Notes under the pieces: generated by a model | Told to the model about the DNA's origin: nothing | Database searches by the model: none | The model's input: the letters and a program-made list of their open reading frames with translations, nothing else | In this document: positions 55,377-64,000 of the stretch, piece by piece | Numbering within the stretch: the first letter of the stretch is position 1 | Layout: each line of letters begins with the position of its first letter | Made by a program: the position numbers and the translations under genes | From: Mycolicibacterium sp. | GTDB taxonomy: Bacteria; Actinomycetota; Actinomycetes; Mycobacteriales; Mycobacteriaceae | Length of the DNA stretch: 64,000 nucleotides | Reading direction: 5' to 3' | NCBI RefSeq assembly: GCF_016462945.1 | Contig: NZ_JAEMSG010000002.1 | Coordinates: 9,491 to 73,490 of the forward strand

Positions 55377-55494
55377 TATGCCAGAGTCCGCGGGCCGACA
55401 AGCAGTGAAACGCGAGATGATCTAACGCCGGGCATCGGCACCCCAAGTGTGCGAGAGTCCAGGGACCGACAAACTTGCGACTTCGGAGGACCGA

Positions 55495-56742
55495 ATGGCA
55501 GTTCCCAACCGACCCAGTTCGAGCCGACGGCAGTTTCTACTGCGCGCCGCACTCCTGGCGGGCGGAACACCCGCCCTGATGGCGTTTCTTGACGCCTGCG
55601 CCAAGGGCGACCAGACGTCGTCGTCGACTACGAGTATGAAAATCGCGTCTCCAGACAAACCGGCCACCTGGGATATCGCGAAGGACAATGAGCCGATCGC
55701 CGACGGGCTTGGTCCGGAGAAGGCCGCGACATTGCAGTTGTACACCTATGCCGACTACGTCTCGCCGGATGCGGTCAAGTCGTTCGAGGAGAAGTACGGC
55801 ACCACCGTTGCGGTTTCGACCTTCAACGATACCGACGAGGCGATCACTAAGATTCGTGCCGGTAGCGTTGACTACGACGTCTTCTTCCCGAGCTACGACC
55901 AGATTGGGAAGCTGGTGAACGGTTCGCTGTTGCGACCGCTGAATCACAGCTACGTTCCCAACATCAAGAACGTGTGGCCGGTGTTCACCAACCCCTTCTA
56001 TGACCAGCAGTGGCGCTACACCACGCCCTACACCGTGTACACGACCGGTATCGGCTGGAACAACACCGTGGTGCCGGCCGATATCGGTGCGCTGGCCAAT
56101 CCCTATGAGTCACTGTGGGATCCTGCCTACACGAACAAGACGGCAGTGATCGATGACTGGCACACCGCGATGTCGATGGTTCTGTTGAAGCTCGGCATCA
56201 CCGACGTGAACACCTCATCGGCGGCCGATCTTAAGTCAGTCGGCGAGCAGTTGACCGCGCTGGTCGCGGCAACGTCGCCGAAGGTCACGATCACGATGTA
56301 CACCGACGTTCCCACCGGCCAGATCGGACTGACGCAGATGTGGTCCGGTGACATCATCAGTGCGCAGAACTACCTGCCGGAGGGTGCGACGGCCGAGGTC
56401 CTTCGCTACTGGTTCCCCACGGACGGAAAAGGTTTGGTCGACAACGATCTGATGGTCATTCTGCGGGGCGGGAAGAACCCGGTGCTATCGCACCTTTTCA
56501 TCAACCACATGCTGGAGACCGAATCCGCGAAGCAGAACTTCAAGCAGATCGGCTACCAGCCGCCCCAGGTCTCGATGAATCCGGACTCCCTGGTGGCGGA
56601 CGGCTTCGTTGCGGAGAACATCAAGTCCGCCATCGTTCGGCCCGAGTACTACGACGTCGGTTACCGGATCCTTGAACTCGATCCCGATAACGACGCGGCG
56701 TGGCACAACGTCTGGCGTGCCTTCAAGGCTGGGGGATCCTGA
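55495..56742 (+). CDS. PotD/PotF-like ABC substrate-binding protein with Tat signal
   Basis: SSRRQFL twin-arginine motif; LYTYADYV, YTTGIGWN, WSGD. Confidence 0.88.
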   Translation: MAVPNRPSSSRRQFLLRAALLAGGTPALMAFLDACAKGDQTSSSTTSMKIASPDKPATWDIAKDNEPIADGLGPEKAATLQLYTYADYVSPDAVKSFEEKYGTTVAVSTFNDTDEAITKIRAGSVDYDVFFPSYDQIGKLVNGSLLRPLNHSYVPNIKNVWPVFTNPFYDQQWRYTTPYTVYTTGIGWNNTVVPADIGALANPYESLWDPAYTNKTAVIDDWHTAMSMVLLKLGITDVNTSSAADLKSVGEQLTALVAATSPKVTITMYTDVPTGQIGLTQMWSGDIISAQNYLPEGATAEVLRYWFPTDGKGLVDNDLMVILRGGKNPVLSHLFINHMLETESAKQNFKQIGYQPPQVSMNPDSLVADGFVAENIKSAIVRPEYYDVGYRILELDPDNDAAWHNVWRAFKAGGS

Positions 56743-56747
56743 CCCCG

Positions 56748-57683
56748 GTGACGCTGACGGAGGTTGCGGCGCAGGTTAAGCCGCAGTCGAAGCGGGCGCG
56801 AGGAAGTGCGCTCGGGCCGGCCTTGGCCGTGCCGGGCATCATCTGGCTGCTGCTGTTCTTCCTCGCGCCGCTGTACGTGGTTTTGGCCATCGTCTTCGGC
56901 CGAACGGATCCGATCTTCCGCACGGCCGTCCCGGTGTGGAATCCGTTGCGGTGGAACCCATCCCAGTTCAACTATGTACTGAGTCGCATCGTCGGGGATA
57001 ACGGCATATTCGGCCCGGCACTGCTTCGCACCGCGATCTACGTCCTGCTGGCCAGTCTGTTATGCCTCCTGCTGGCCTTCCCGGTCGCGTACTACACCGC
57101 CAGGTTGTCCGGTAGGTGGAAGGGTTTGTTGCTGGCCGCGTTGATCGCGCCATTCTGGATCAGCTACATGATGCGGATGCTGGCCTGGGTGAACCTGCTT
57201 CAGGACGACGGACTGGTCAACCGGTTGTTCAGCCTCGGCGGATTCTTCGACGTCCGGACACATTGGTTGACCGGCCAGCCGGTGGTCGTCGTGCTGGGAC
57301 TGGTCTACGGCTACGTCGCGTACATGATCCTGCCGCTGTATGCCGGATTGGACCGCCTTCCGCAGTCCACACTGGAAGCGGCCCGCGATCTCGGCGCCGG
57401 TCGGTTCGCGTCGTTCTGGCGCGTCACGCTTCCGATGTGCCGGCCGACCATCGTGGCGGCGGTTCTGCTGACCTGTCTGCCGATGCTCGGCGACTACTTC
57501 ACCTCCGACATGCTCTCGGCCTCACCGAAGACCGCCATGGTGGGCAACCTGATCAACGACAGCGTGCAGTCGCCTGGGCAGACCGGCCAGGCCGGCGCGT
57601 TGGTGATGCTGGTTCTCCTGGTCGCGGTGGTGCCGATGTTTTACTACGTCCGGGTCACCGCCCGCGGGGATGTGGCGTCGTGA
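56748..57683 (+). CDS. ABC permease (PotB-like)
   Basis: PFWISYMMRMLAW, EAARDLGA, RVTLP. Confidence 0.9.
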   Translation: MTLTEVAAQVKPQSKRARGSALGPALAVPGIIWLLLFFLAPLYVVLAIVFGRTDPIFRTAVPVWNPLRWNPSQFNYVLSRIVGDNGIFGPALLRTAIYVLLASLLCLLLAFPVAYYTARLSGRWKGLLLAALIAPFWISYMMRMLAWVNLLQDDGLVNRLFSLGGFFDVRTHWLTGQPVVVVLGLVYGYVAYMILPLYAGLDRLPQSTLEAARDLGAGRFASFWRVTLPMCRPTIVAAVLLTCLPMLGDYFTSDMLSASPKTAMVGNLINDSVQSPGQTGQAGALVMLVLLVAVVPMFYYVRVTARGDVAS

Positions 57684-58558
57684 GGGGCCCGGTCGCGTGG
57701 TGGAACGACCCCTGGCGCCCCCCGCGTTTCCTGGTCGCGGTCACCTTCGGGTATCTGGCGTGGTCGCTGATCCCGGTGCTGATCGCGGTCATCTTTTCGT
57801 TCAATGATGGACGGTCCCGGACCGTCTGGCAGGGCTTCTCCACCCGTTGGTACTTCGGCGATCCGACCAAGTCGGTCTGGCACGATGCGGCATTGCACAC
57901 CGCCCTACTCCAGACGTTCAAGTTGGGCGTGATCACCACCCTTATCACGGTGCCACTCGGCGTGATGTTCGCGATCGGGATCGATCGCTGGCGGGGTCGG
58001 TTACCTGCTGGAGCTAATTTGCTCATGCTGGTCTCGTTCGTCCTGCCCGAAGTATTGCTGGCGGTTGCACTGCTGTTCGTGGTGACCTCGCTGCCATTGC
58101 CGATCAGTTTGGGCACCGGGGCCCAGGTACTTGGTCTGGTCACCTTCCAGATCGCCTATCCGGCCGTGTTGGTTCGTGCACGCCTGGCCACCATCGGTAC
58201 CCAATACGAAGAAGCCGCACAGGATCTCGGGGCGTCGCCGATCGCGGCATTGCGCAGGGTGACGCTGCCGATGTTAATGCCGGCGATTTTCGCCAGCACC
58301 GTTCTGGTGTTTGCCGACGTGATCGATGACTTCGTTCTGGTGCGCTACCTGTCCGGAAATTCCTCGACCGAACCGGTCTCGGTAAAGATCTACAACACCG
58401 CGCGCGCCGCCCCGACGCCGGCGCTCAACGCCCTGGCCACCCTGCTGTTGTTCGCCGCACTGCTCGCGATCACGGTGGGCTACCTGATTTACCGCCGGAT
58501 GACTCGCGGGGATAGCACTGCAGGCGGCGGTATCGCGGCATTCGCGGGTGAGGCTTGA
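57680..58558 (+). CDS. ABC permease (PotC-like)
   Basis: FSFND, WQGFSTRW, EEAAQDLGAS, RVTLP; GTGA-coupled. Confidence 0.9.
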   Translation: MRGPVAWWNDPWRPPRFLVAVTFGYLAWSLIPVLIAVIFSFNDGRSRTVWQGFSTRWYFGDPTKSVWHDAALHTALLQTFKLGVITTLITVPLGVMFAIGIDRWRGRLPAGANLLMLVSFVLPEVLLAVALLFVVTSLPLPISLGTGAQVLGLVTFQIAYPAVLVRARLATIGTQYEEAAQDLGASPIAALRRVTLPMLMPAIFASTVLVFADVIDDFVLVRYLSGNSSTEPVSVKIYNTARAAPTPALNALATLLLFAALLAITVGYLIYRRMTRGDSTAGGGIAAFAGEA

Positions 58559-58606
58559 GCCCCCTTAGGGTAGACCTCGGCCATCGATCAGACTATTCTT
58601 GACTGC

Positions 58607-59758
58607 ATGTTCAAACAATCGGATCCTGCCCCGGTACCTGCCGCCGGACTCGCCGCTGCGCTGGCACCGTTCGGTACCTCCCGCATGCTGCCGCGCGAGG
58701 CCTATGTCGACCAAGCGGTATTCGAGTGGGAGAAGCGCAACATCTTCTCCGGTTGGCACTGTGTCGGCCACGCAGCCGATCTTGACGGTGTCGGCGCGCA
58801 ACGGGCGGTGGGTTCCGGTGCCAGTGGCATCCTGCTGGTCCGCGGAGACGACGGTGCTGTTCGTGCGTTCGCCAACGTCTGCCGCCATCGTGGCCATGAA
58901 CTCATGCCCTGTGGAGCGAGCACCAAGCGGCGTGGGGTGGTGTGCCCCTATCACGCGTGGTCGTACAAGCTAAATGGCGAGTTGCGGAATGCTCCGGGAT
59001 TCGACCAGCTCGACTCCTTCGATGCGGCGGAGTTCGGACTGACCGAACTGCGCCTTGTCGATTGGCACGGTTGGCTTTTTGTGGATCCCAGCGGCCTGGA
59101 CGGCGACTTCGCCGATCATGTCGCCGGAACGGAGGAGATCGTCGGTCCGTATCGGCCGGAGGATCTCACCGTCGTCGCACGGCACTCCTACGAACTCGCC
59201 ACCAACTGGAAGGTGATCGTCGAGAACTACCAGGAGTGCTACCACTGTTCGTCGATCCACCCCGAGCTGTCCAGGATCAGCCCGCCGACCAGTGGGGAGA
59301 ACATCGAGATGCCCGGCAACTGGATGGGTGGCTGGATGTCGATGATCGATGAGGCCGAGACGATGTCGCTCTCCGGACGCAGCGGTGGGGTTGCCATCAA
59401 GGGCCTGTCCGAGCAGGAACAGCGAACCGTGATGTATCTGGTCGGATTCCCCAACCTGCTGGTGAGCCTGCACCCCGACTACGTGATGACGCACACGATG
59501 ACGCCGCTTGCGGTGGACCGCACCCATGTCGAGTGCGCCTGGGCGTTCCCGAGGGAGGCCGCTGAACGCCCCGGCTTCGATCCGTCCTATGCGGTGGACT
59601 TCTGGGATCTGACCAACCGGCAGGACTGGGCGGCCTGCGAGTCGGTACAGCGTGGGCTGAGTTCGCCGCACGCTCGGCCCGGGCCGTTGGCACTGCAGGA
59701 GGATGGCGTCTACCAGTTCGTCACCCGGGTTGCCCGCGCCTACGCCGGCGAGCGCTGA
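58607..59758 (+). CDS. Rieske non-heme iron oxygenase alpha subunit (choline monooxygenase/GbcA/Stc2-like)
   Basis: NVCRHRG...CPYHAW Rieske motif; ENYQECYHC..IHP and QDWAACE catalytic motifs; TATTCT -10 lies 7 nt before ATG. Confidence 0.9.
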   Translation: MFKQSDPAPVPAAGLAAALAPFGTSRMLPREAYVDQAVFEWEKRNIFSGWHCVGHAADLDGVGAQRAVGSGASGILLVRGDDGAVRAFANVCRHRGHELMPCGASTKRRGVVCPYHAWSYKLNGELRNAPGFDQLDSFDAAEFGLTELRLVDWHGWLFVDPSGLDGDFADHVAGTEEIVGPYRPEDLTVVARHSYELATNWKVIVENYQECYHCSSIHPELSRISPPTSGENIEMPGNWMGGWMSMIDEAETMSLSGRSGGVAIKGLSEQEQRTVMYLVGFPNLLVSLHPDYVMTHTMTPLAVDRTHVECAWAFPREAAERPGFDPSYAVDFWDLTNRQDWAACESVQRGLSSPHARPGPLALQEDGVYQFVTRVARAYAGER

Positions 59759-59817
59759 CCAACAGTCCGCTATTCGGCATCCTGACCGGCCGGCTCATCG
59801 GCGTGATTCGAAGCGGG

Positions 59818-60252
59818 CTAACAGCCCCCATCCGCGGCGGCCTGCACCGCGACGATGACGGCCGCCCGCTGCGCGTCGCTCAACTCCGCCCAGGTCTTCT
59901 TGAAGGTCGCCGGGCCGCTCGTCGCGGACGCCTGAAGCTCCTGCAGATACGGCTCCACGATGGTGTGCGGGTCTCCGCCCTTGGCAGTCATCCACTCCTT
60001 CGCGGCAAGGCAGGCCTGCGCGTATTGCTCCTCGGTGGATTGCGCGGGGACGTCGATTCTGGTGGTCACCCCATCCGGTGACACCCCGACGGGTTGCTGC
60101 CCGGACGCCCCATTGGGCTGCCCGGCAGCGGGTGCCGGATCAGGCGGGTTGGCGCCGGATCCACCTTCGGCTGAACAGCCCGTCAACGCGGTGGCCGCGG
60201 CAGACACGAGGAGGGCGGCGCTGAACTGGCGACGATATCCACGGCTGAGCAT
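59818..60252 (-). CDS. lpqV: Lipoprotein LpqV
   Basis: Lipobox LTGC; VSPDGVTTRIDVPAQSTEEQYAQAC and terminal AADGGC; Rv1064c-like position. Confidence 0.75.
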   Translation of the reverse strand: MLSRGYRRQFSAALLVSAAATALTGCSAEGGSGANPPDPAPAAGQPNGASGQQPVGVSPDGVTTRIDVPAQSTEEQYAQACLAAKEWMTAKGGDPHTIVEPYLQELQASATSGPATFKKTWAELSDAQRAAVIVAVQAAADGGC

Positions 60253-60259
60253 GATGGTC

Positions 60260-61948
60260 CTACTGGTCTTCGTCTGATCTGACCATCGGCCGTAGCCGCT
60301 CGGTTTTCTCGGGCGTCCATCCTGGCGGTTGCATGATCGCCGCCCAGGCGTTCACCACGTCTCTGACGTAGCGGTGGCCGTGGCCGTCCGGTACATCGAC
60401 GGCGACAGCCATATCGGCGGACACCTGAAGGAACGTCACCACCGGTATCCACTTCATGTCATTGGACACGTCGTAGCCGCGTGGCTCGCGCAGCCAATCC
60501 GGTTCGGTGAAAAGAAGATCCGGTCTCCACCATGCGATCGGGTCGGAGCCGTGCTGCAGATACACCACCCGGGGATTGCCCCATGGCTGATCGGGGCGGC
60601 CGAGGTCGTCGGGTCGCGCGGCAAACCGGACGTTGGCGCCGTCGTCGAAGATCGGCAGCCATTCCGGTGAGCCGGGGTCGCGATTGAGGGTGACGTCATC
60701 GCGCATGGTGTTGTTGAACGTCGGTCCGGAGAACAGCGCTCCGTTGGTGCGGGCGATGATGTTATTGGGGCTCAGGAACGGCGCCTCGCCGCCGAAGGAA
60801 CCGAGGCTCTCACCGAACACCACGATCTTGGGCCGCTGCGCTTCGGGTAGTGCGCGGACCTTAGCGTCTACCGCCTCGAAGAGGGTTTGACCGGCCTGGC
60901 GAGCGTTCTCCTTGTCGACCAGGAACGACAGCCAACTCGGCAGGAACGAGTACTGCATGCTCACGATCGCGGTGTCGCCGTTGTACATGTACTCCAGCGA
61001 GCCGGCTTCAGCCGCGTTGATCCACCCGGTGCCCGTCGTGGTGCCTACCGCAATGACCTTTCGCCTGAGCCCGCCGGCCCGTTCCAGTTCGTTGGCGGCC
61101 AGTTCGGCCTCGGCGCGAATGCCGGTGGTGGAGTTCAATCCGGCGTAGGCGCGGATGGGTTCGGTTGCGGGGGCGTTATTGAACTCGGTGAGTTGGGCGA
61201 CGGTGGGCCCACCGCCGACGAAGATGCGTCCCTGATGGCCCAGTGACTCCCAGGACACCAGTGAGCCGGGGCCTCCGGAGCGCAGCGGTGTGCTCGGTGC
61301 CGGACGGGTCGGGTCCAGCTCGTCGTTGACCCTGGAGAAGGTTTTGTTCATGACGCTCATCGCACCCCGCACCACGATGCCGTTGATGATGGCGATATTC
61401 GCCGCGATCAGGAGCGCGATGACCACGACGACCGAAACCCGCGGTGGCGCAACGCGGTTGAGCTGGTGGACCAGGAACCGGACCAGCCGTCCCACGAGCT
61501 GGCCGATCTCGACGAAGACGAATAAGAAGACTACCGATAAGACCGCTGCCTGCAGGTAGTTGAACCACTGCAGCTGAGGAACGCCCATCAGGTCACGGAC
61601 GTGGTTCTGCCAGTAGTGGAAGTACAGAACACCCGATACAAGTTCGACAGCGCCAACGATCATCAGGATCGGCCAGGCCCATCGCGGCGCGCGCGGACTC
61701 GTCGGCCGGGACCGCATGAACCGGATCAGCCACACCGCGAACACCCCGATGCCATAGCCGATCGCGCCGGCGAGGCCGCTGAGCAGACCCTGGAAAAGCG
61801 GGCCGCGCGGCAGCAGCGACGGTGTCATCGTCAGCAGGACGAACAACAGGCCGACGGCGGTTCCGGTGAACGTGTACCTGCGTTTCCACCAGTCCGGTTT
61901 GGGTTCGGCAGCTTTCGCGGCGATGGTTTCCGACTCGGCGACTGTCAC
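60260..61948 (-). CDS. Membrane alpha/beta hydrolase (Abhydrolase_9, Rv1069c-like)
   Basis: TPSLLPR, SLGHQGR, TTTGTGW, QYSFLPSW, GESLGS nucleophile elbow. Confidence 0.85.
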   Translation of the reverse strand: MTVAESETIAAKAAEPKPDWWKRRYTFTGTAVGLLFVLLTMTPSLLPRGPLFQGLLSGLAGAIGYGIGVFAVWLIRFMRSRPTSPRAPRWAWPILMIVGAVELVSGVLYFHYWQNHVRDLMGVPQLQWFNYLQAAVLSVVFLFVFVEIGQLVGRLVRFLVHQLNRVAPPRVSVVVVIALLIAANIAIINGIVVRGAMSVMNKTFSRVNDELDPTRPAPSTPLRSGGPGSLVSWESLGHQGRIFVGGGPTVAQLTEFNNAPATEPIRAYAGLNSTTGIRAEAELAANELERAGGLRRKVIAVGTTTGTGWINAAEAGSLEYMYNGDTAIVSMQYSFLPSWLSFLVDKENARQAGQTLFEAVDAKVRALPEAQRPKIVVFGESLGSFGGEAPFLSPNNIIARTNGALFSGPTFNNTMRDDVTLNRDPGSPEWLPIFDDGANVRFAARPDDLGRPDQPWGNPRVVYLQHGSDPIAWWRPDLLFTEPDWLREPRGYDVSNDMKWIPVVTFLQVSADMAVAVDVPDGHGHRYVRDVVNAWAAIMQPPGWTPEKTERLRPMVRSDEDQ

Positions 61949-61959
61949 GGGAGAAAATC

Positions 61960-62733
61960 TTAGCGGTGGGTGAAGTTCGGCGGTCGCTTGTCGGTGAAGG
62001 CCGCCATACCCTCGGTCTGATCGGCAGTGGCGAACGCCGAGTGGAAGAGCCGCCGCTCGTAGAGCAGGCCCTCGCTGAGCGAGGACTCGAAGGCCCGGTT
62101 GACGGATTCCTTAGCCATCCGGGACGCTGATCGCGACATCTGCGAGATCGTCGTGGCAACGGCGTTGGCCTCCTGGAGAAGGTCATCGGCCGGCACCGTC
62201 CGGGACACCAGGCCGATGCGTTCGGCCTCAGCGGCGTCGATGGTGCGCCCGGTCAGGATCATGTCCATTGCCTTGGCCTTGCCGACCGCCCGGGTCAGGC
62301 GCTGGGAGCCGCCCATACCGGGAAGCACACCCAGCTTGATCTCCGGCTGACCGAACTTGGCGGTGTCGGCGGCGATCAGCACATCGCACATCATGGCGAG
62401 TTCACAACCACCGCCGAGTGCGTAGCCGCCGACCGCGGCGATAAGCGGCGTACGTACCGCGGCGAGCTTGCCCCAGTCCGCGAAGAAGTCCGATCCGAAC
62501 ACCTCGGAGAACGACAGGGTGGCCATCTCCTTGATATCGGCGCCCGCAGCGAAAGCCTTGGCTGAGCCGGTGATGATGATGGCCCCGATGTCCGGGTCGG
62601 CATCGAATTCAGCTGCCGCATCGGTGACTTCGGCCATCACCTGACTGTTGAGGGCGTTGAGTGCCTCCGGACGGTTCAGGGTGATGGTGCCGACCCGCTC
62701 CGACCGGCTCACCAGAATGGTCTCGTAACTCAC
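61960..62733 (-). CDS. echA8: Enoyl-CoA hydratase
   Basis: [27 protein letters not shown]; synteny with Rv1070c. Confidence 0.9.
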   Translation of the reverse strand: MSYETILVSRSERVGTITLNRPEALNALNSQVMAEVTDAAAEFDADPDIGAIIITGSAKAFAAGADIKEMATLSFSEVFGSDFFADWGKLAAVRTPLIAAVGGYALGGGCELAMMCDVLIAADTAKFGQPEIKLGVLPGMGGSQRLTRAVGKAKAMDMILTGRTIDAAEAERIGLVSRTVPADDLLQEANAVATTISQMSRSASRMAKESVNRAFESSLSEGLLYERRLFHSAFATADQTEGMAAFTDKRPPNFTHR

Positions 62734-62749
62734 GTGTTCTCCGCTCTCG

Positions 62750-63787
62750 TTAAAAGGTCAGGTCCGGCTCGGCCGGCACGAAATAGCTCTGCACATCCTC
62801 GTCGGTCACCGCGGCAAGCGACACCGGGGACCACGTCGGGTTGCGGTCCTTGTCCACTACCTGGGCCCGGATACCCTCCACGAGGTCATGGGAGCGCACT
62901 GCCGCACAGGACACCCGATACTCCTGCACCAGGGTTTCTTCGAGGGTTGTGTAGTCGGCGGCTCGGCGAATCGACGCCACTGTGACCGCCAGCGCGATGG
63001 GGGAGCGGGTGGCGATGAGGTTGGCTGCGTCCGTGGCCGGGCCCGCATCGTGGCCGCGCAAAGCGGCGACGATGTCCGCGACGGTTTCGCCCGCGTAGCA
63101 GCGGTCGATCCAATCCCGTTGTGCAGCAAGCTGACTTGCCGGGGGCTGCCGGGTGAAGGTACGTAGCGCAACCTGTTCCCCATCGGCGACGACGGCGGTG
63201 GTGAATGCCTCCAGATCGGCGCGGGGAACATAGTGGTCGGCGAAACCCAGCACGATCGCGTCAGCAGCGGAGAACGGGGCACCGGTGAGGGCGACGTGCA
63301 GGCCGAGTAGTCCCGGTGCCCGGGCCAGCAGCATGGTGCCGCCGACGTCGGGGATCAAGCCGATGCCAACCTCGGGCATCGCGATCTTGGAGGTATCGGT
63401 CACCACGCGGGCGCTGCCGTGCATACCGATCCCGAGGCCGCCGCCCATGACGATGCCGTCCATCAGCGCGATATACGGTTTGGGAAAGCGGGCGATCCGG
63501 GCATTAAGGCGGTACTCGTCGAACCAGAACCGCCGGGCTTCGGCGCCTCCGACCTGCGCGCTGTGGTAAATCGCCACCACGTCACCACCGGCGCACAGTC
63601 CTCTGTCGCCCGCTCCGGAGACGACCACGGCCTTCACGGCGTCGTCGGTGGCCCAGGCTGTCAGCGCGGCATCCATGGCGGTGACCATGGTCTGGGTCAG
63701 GGAGTTGATGGCCTTCGGGCGATTAAGCGTCAGGAACCCGACTCCGCCGTCGACGCGGGTCAGGATCTCATCGACATCAGGGCCCAC
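62750..63787 (-). CDS. echA9: 3-hydroxyisobutyryl-CoA hydrolase-like enoyl-CoA hydratase
   Basis: [43 protein letters not shown]. Confidence 0.88.
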   Translation of the reverse strand: MGPDVDEILTRVDGGVGFLTLNRPKAINSLTQTMVTAMDAALTAWATDDAVKAVVVSGAGDRGLCAGGDVVAIYHSAQVGGAEARRFWFDEYRLNARIARFPKPYIALMDGIVMGGGLGIGMHGSARVVTDTSKIAMPEVGIGLIPDVGGTMLLARAPGLLGLHVALTGAPFSAADAIVLGFADHYVPRADLEAFTTAVVADGEQVALRTFTRQPPASQLAAQRDWIDRCYAGETVADIVAALRGHDAGPATDAANLIATRSPIALAVTVASIRRAADYTTLEETLVQEYRVSCAAVRSHDLVEGIRAQVVDKDRNPTWSPVSLAAVTDEDVQSYFVPAEPDLTF

Positions 63788-63909
63788 CAGGTAATCTCCC
63801 TCCGCGAAAGGTTGGATGTCCTAGTTTTACCAGGAAGATCTCAGGCCGCATCCACCGGGATGACGGGTAAGCTTGGGGTGCGAGCGACAATTCCGCTGTG
63901 AAGTTCATG

Positions 63910-63936
63910 GGAACTGATCGGGGACCGTCATTCGTT
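63910..63936 (+). promoter_or_regulatory. ECF sigma (SigE/SigH) type promoter for the next gene beyond the window
   Basis: GGAAC (63910-14)-N18-CGTT (63933-36); GAGAGGA RBS-like sequence at the window end. Confidence 0.6.
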
Positions 63937-63993
63937 AGCTCATTGTTCGTTGGTTCATTGTTTCGTTAGCTCATTGTTTCGTCGGCTCACTTG
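63928..63993. repeat. Degenerate 15-16 bp AT-rich tandem repeat, about 4 copies
   Basis: TTCGTTAGCTCATTG / TTCGTTGGTTCATTG / TTTCGTTAGCTCATTG / TTTCGTCGGCTCACTTG. Confidence 0.8.
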
Positions 63994-64000
63994 AGAGGAA

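Noticed and set aside
58577-58600. Fourth island operator upstream of the Rieske gene
   Set aside because: Only a TCAGACTA half-site; the left arm does not match GACTGA.

Overview
GC-rich mycobacterial (probably fast-growing Mycolicibacterium-type) chromosomal segment, syntenic with the M. tuberculosis Rv0998-Rv1071c region. The core run is pat, DUF5642 lipoproteins, pmt, rsmI, pabB, metG, tatD, rpfB, rsmA, ispE, FAAL (pks16), pth, rplY, lpqT, prs, glmU, tRNA-Gln, TetR, mfd, mazG, lpqU, eno, ftsB, DUF501, ppx2, tRNA-Leu, then fadD14, ltp1, lpqV, an alpha/beta hydrolase, echA8 and echA9. Accessory material comprises an srsABC-like type III PKS (alkylresorcinol/quinone) operon; a ~1 kb DUF559 nuclease cassette bounded by two 57-bp REP-like hairpins; a 36-aa Cys6/His microprotein below the ORF-track cutoff; a block after tRNA-Leu (secreted DUF4214-ParB/Srx fusion, GH29 fucosidase, P450, MpaB-like oxygenase, YncE propeller); and a ~14 kb amine uptake/catabolism island with three copies of a palindromic TetR-type operator. 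Short repeats have been inserted in frame into metG and mfd. No CRISPR array, rRNA, integrase or DDE transposase was seen. All family assignments are by motif recognition and recalled synteny, not database searches.
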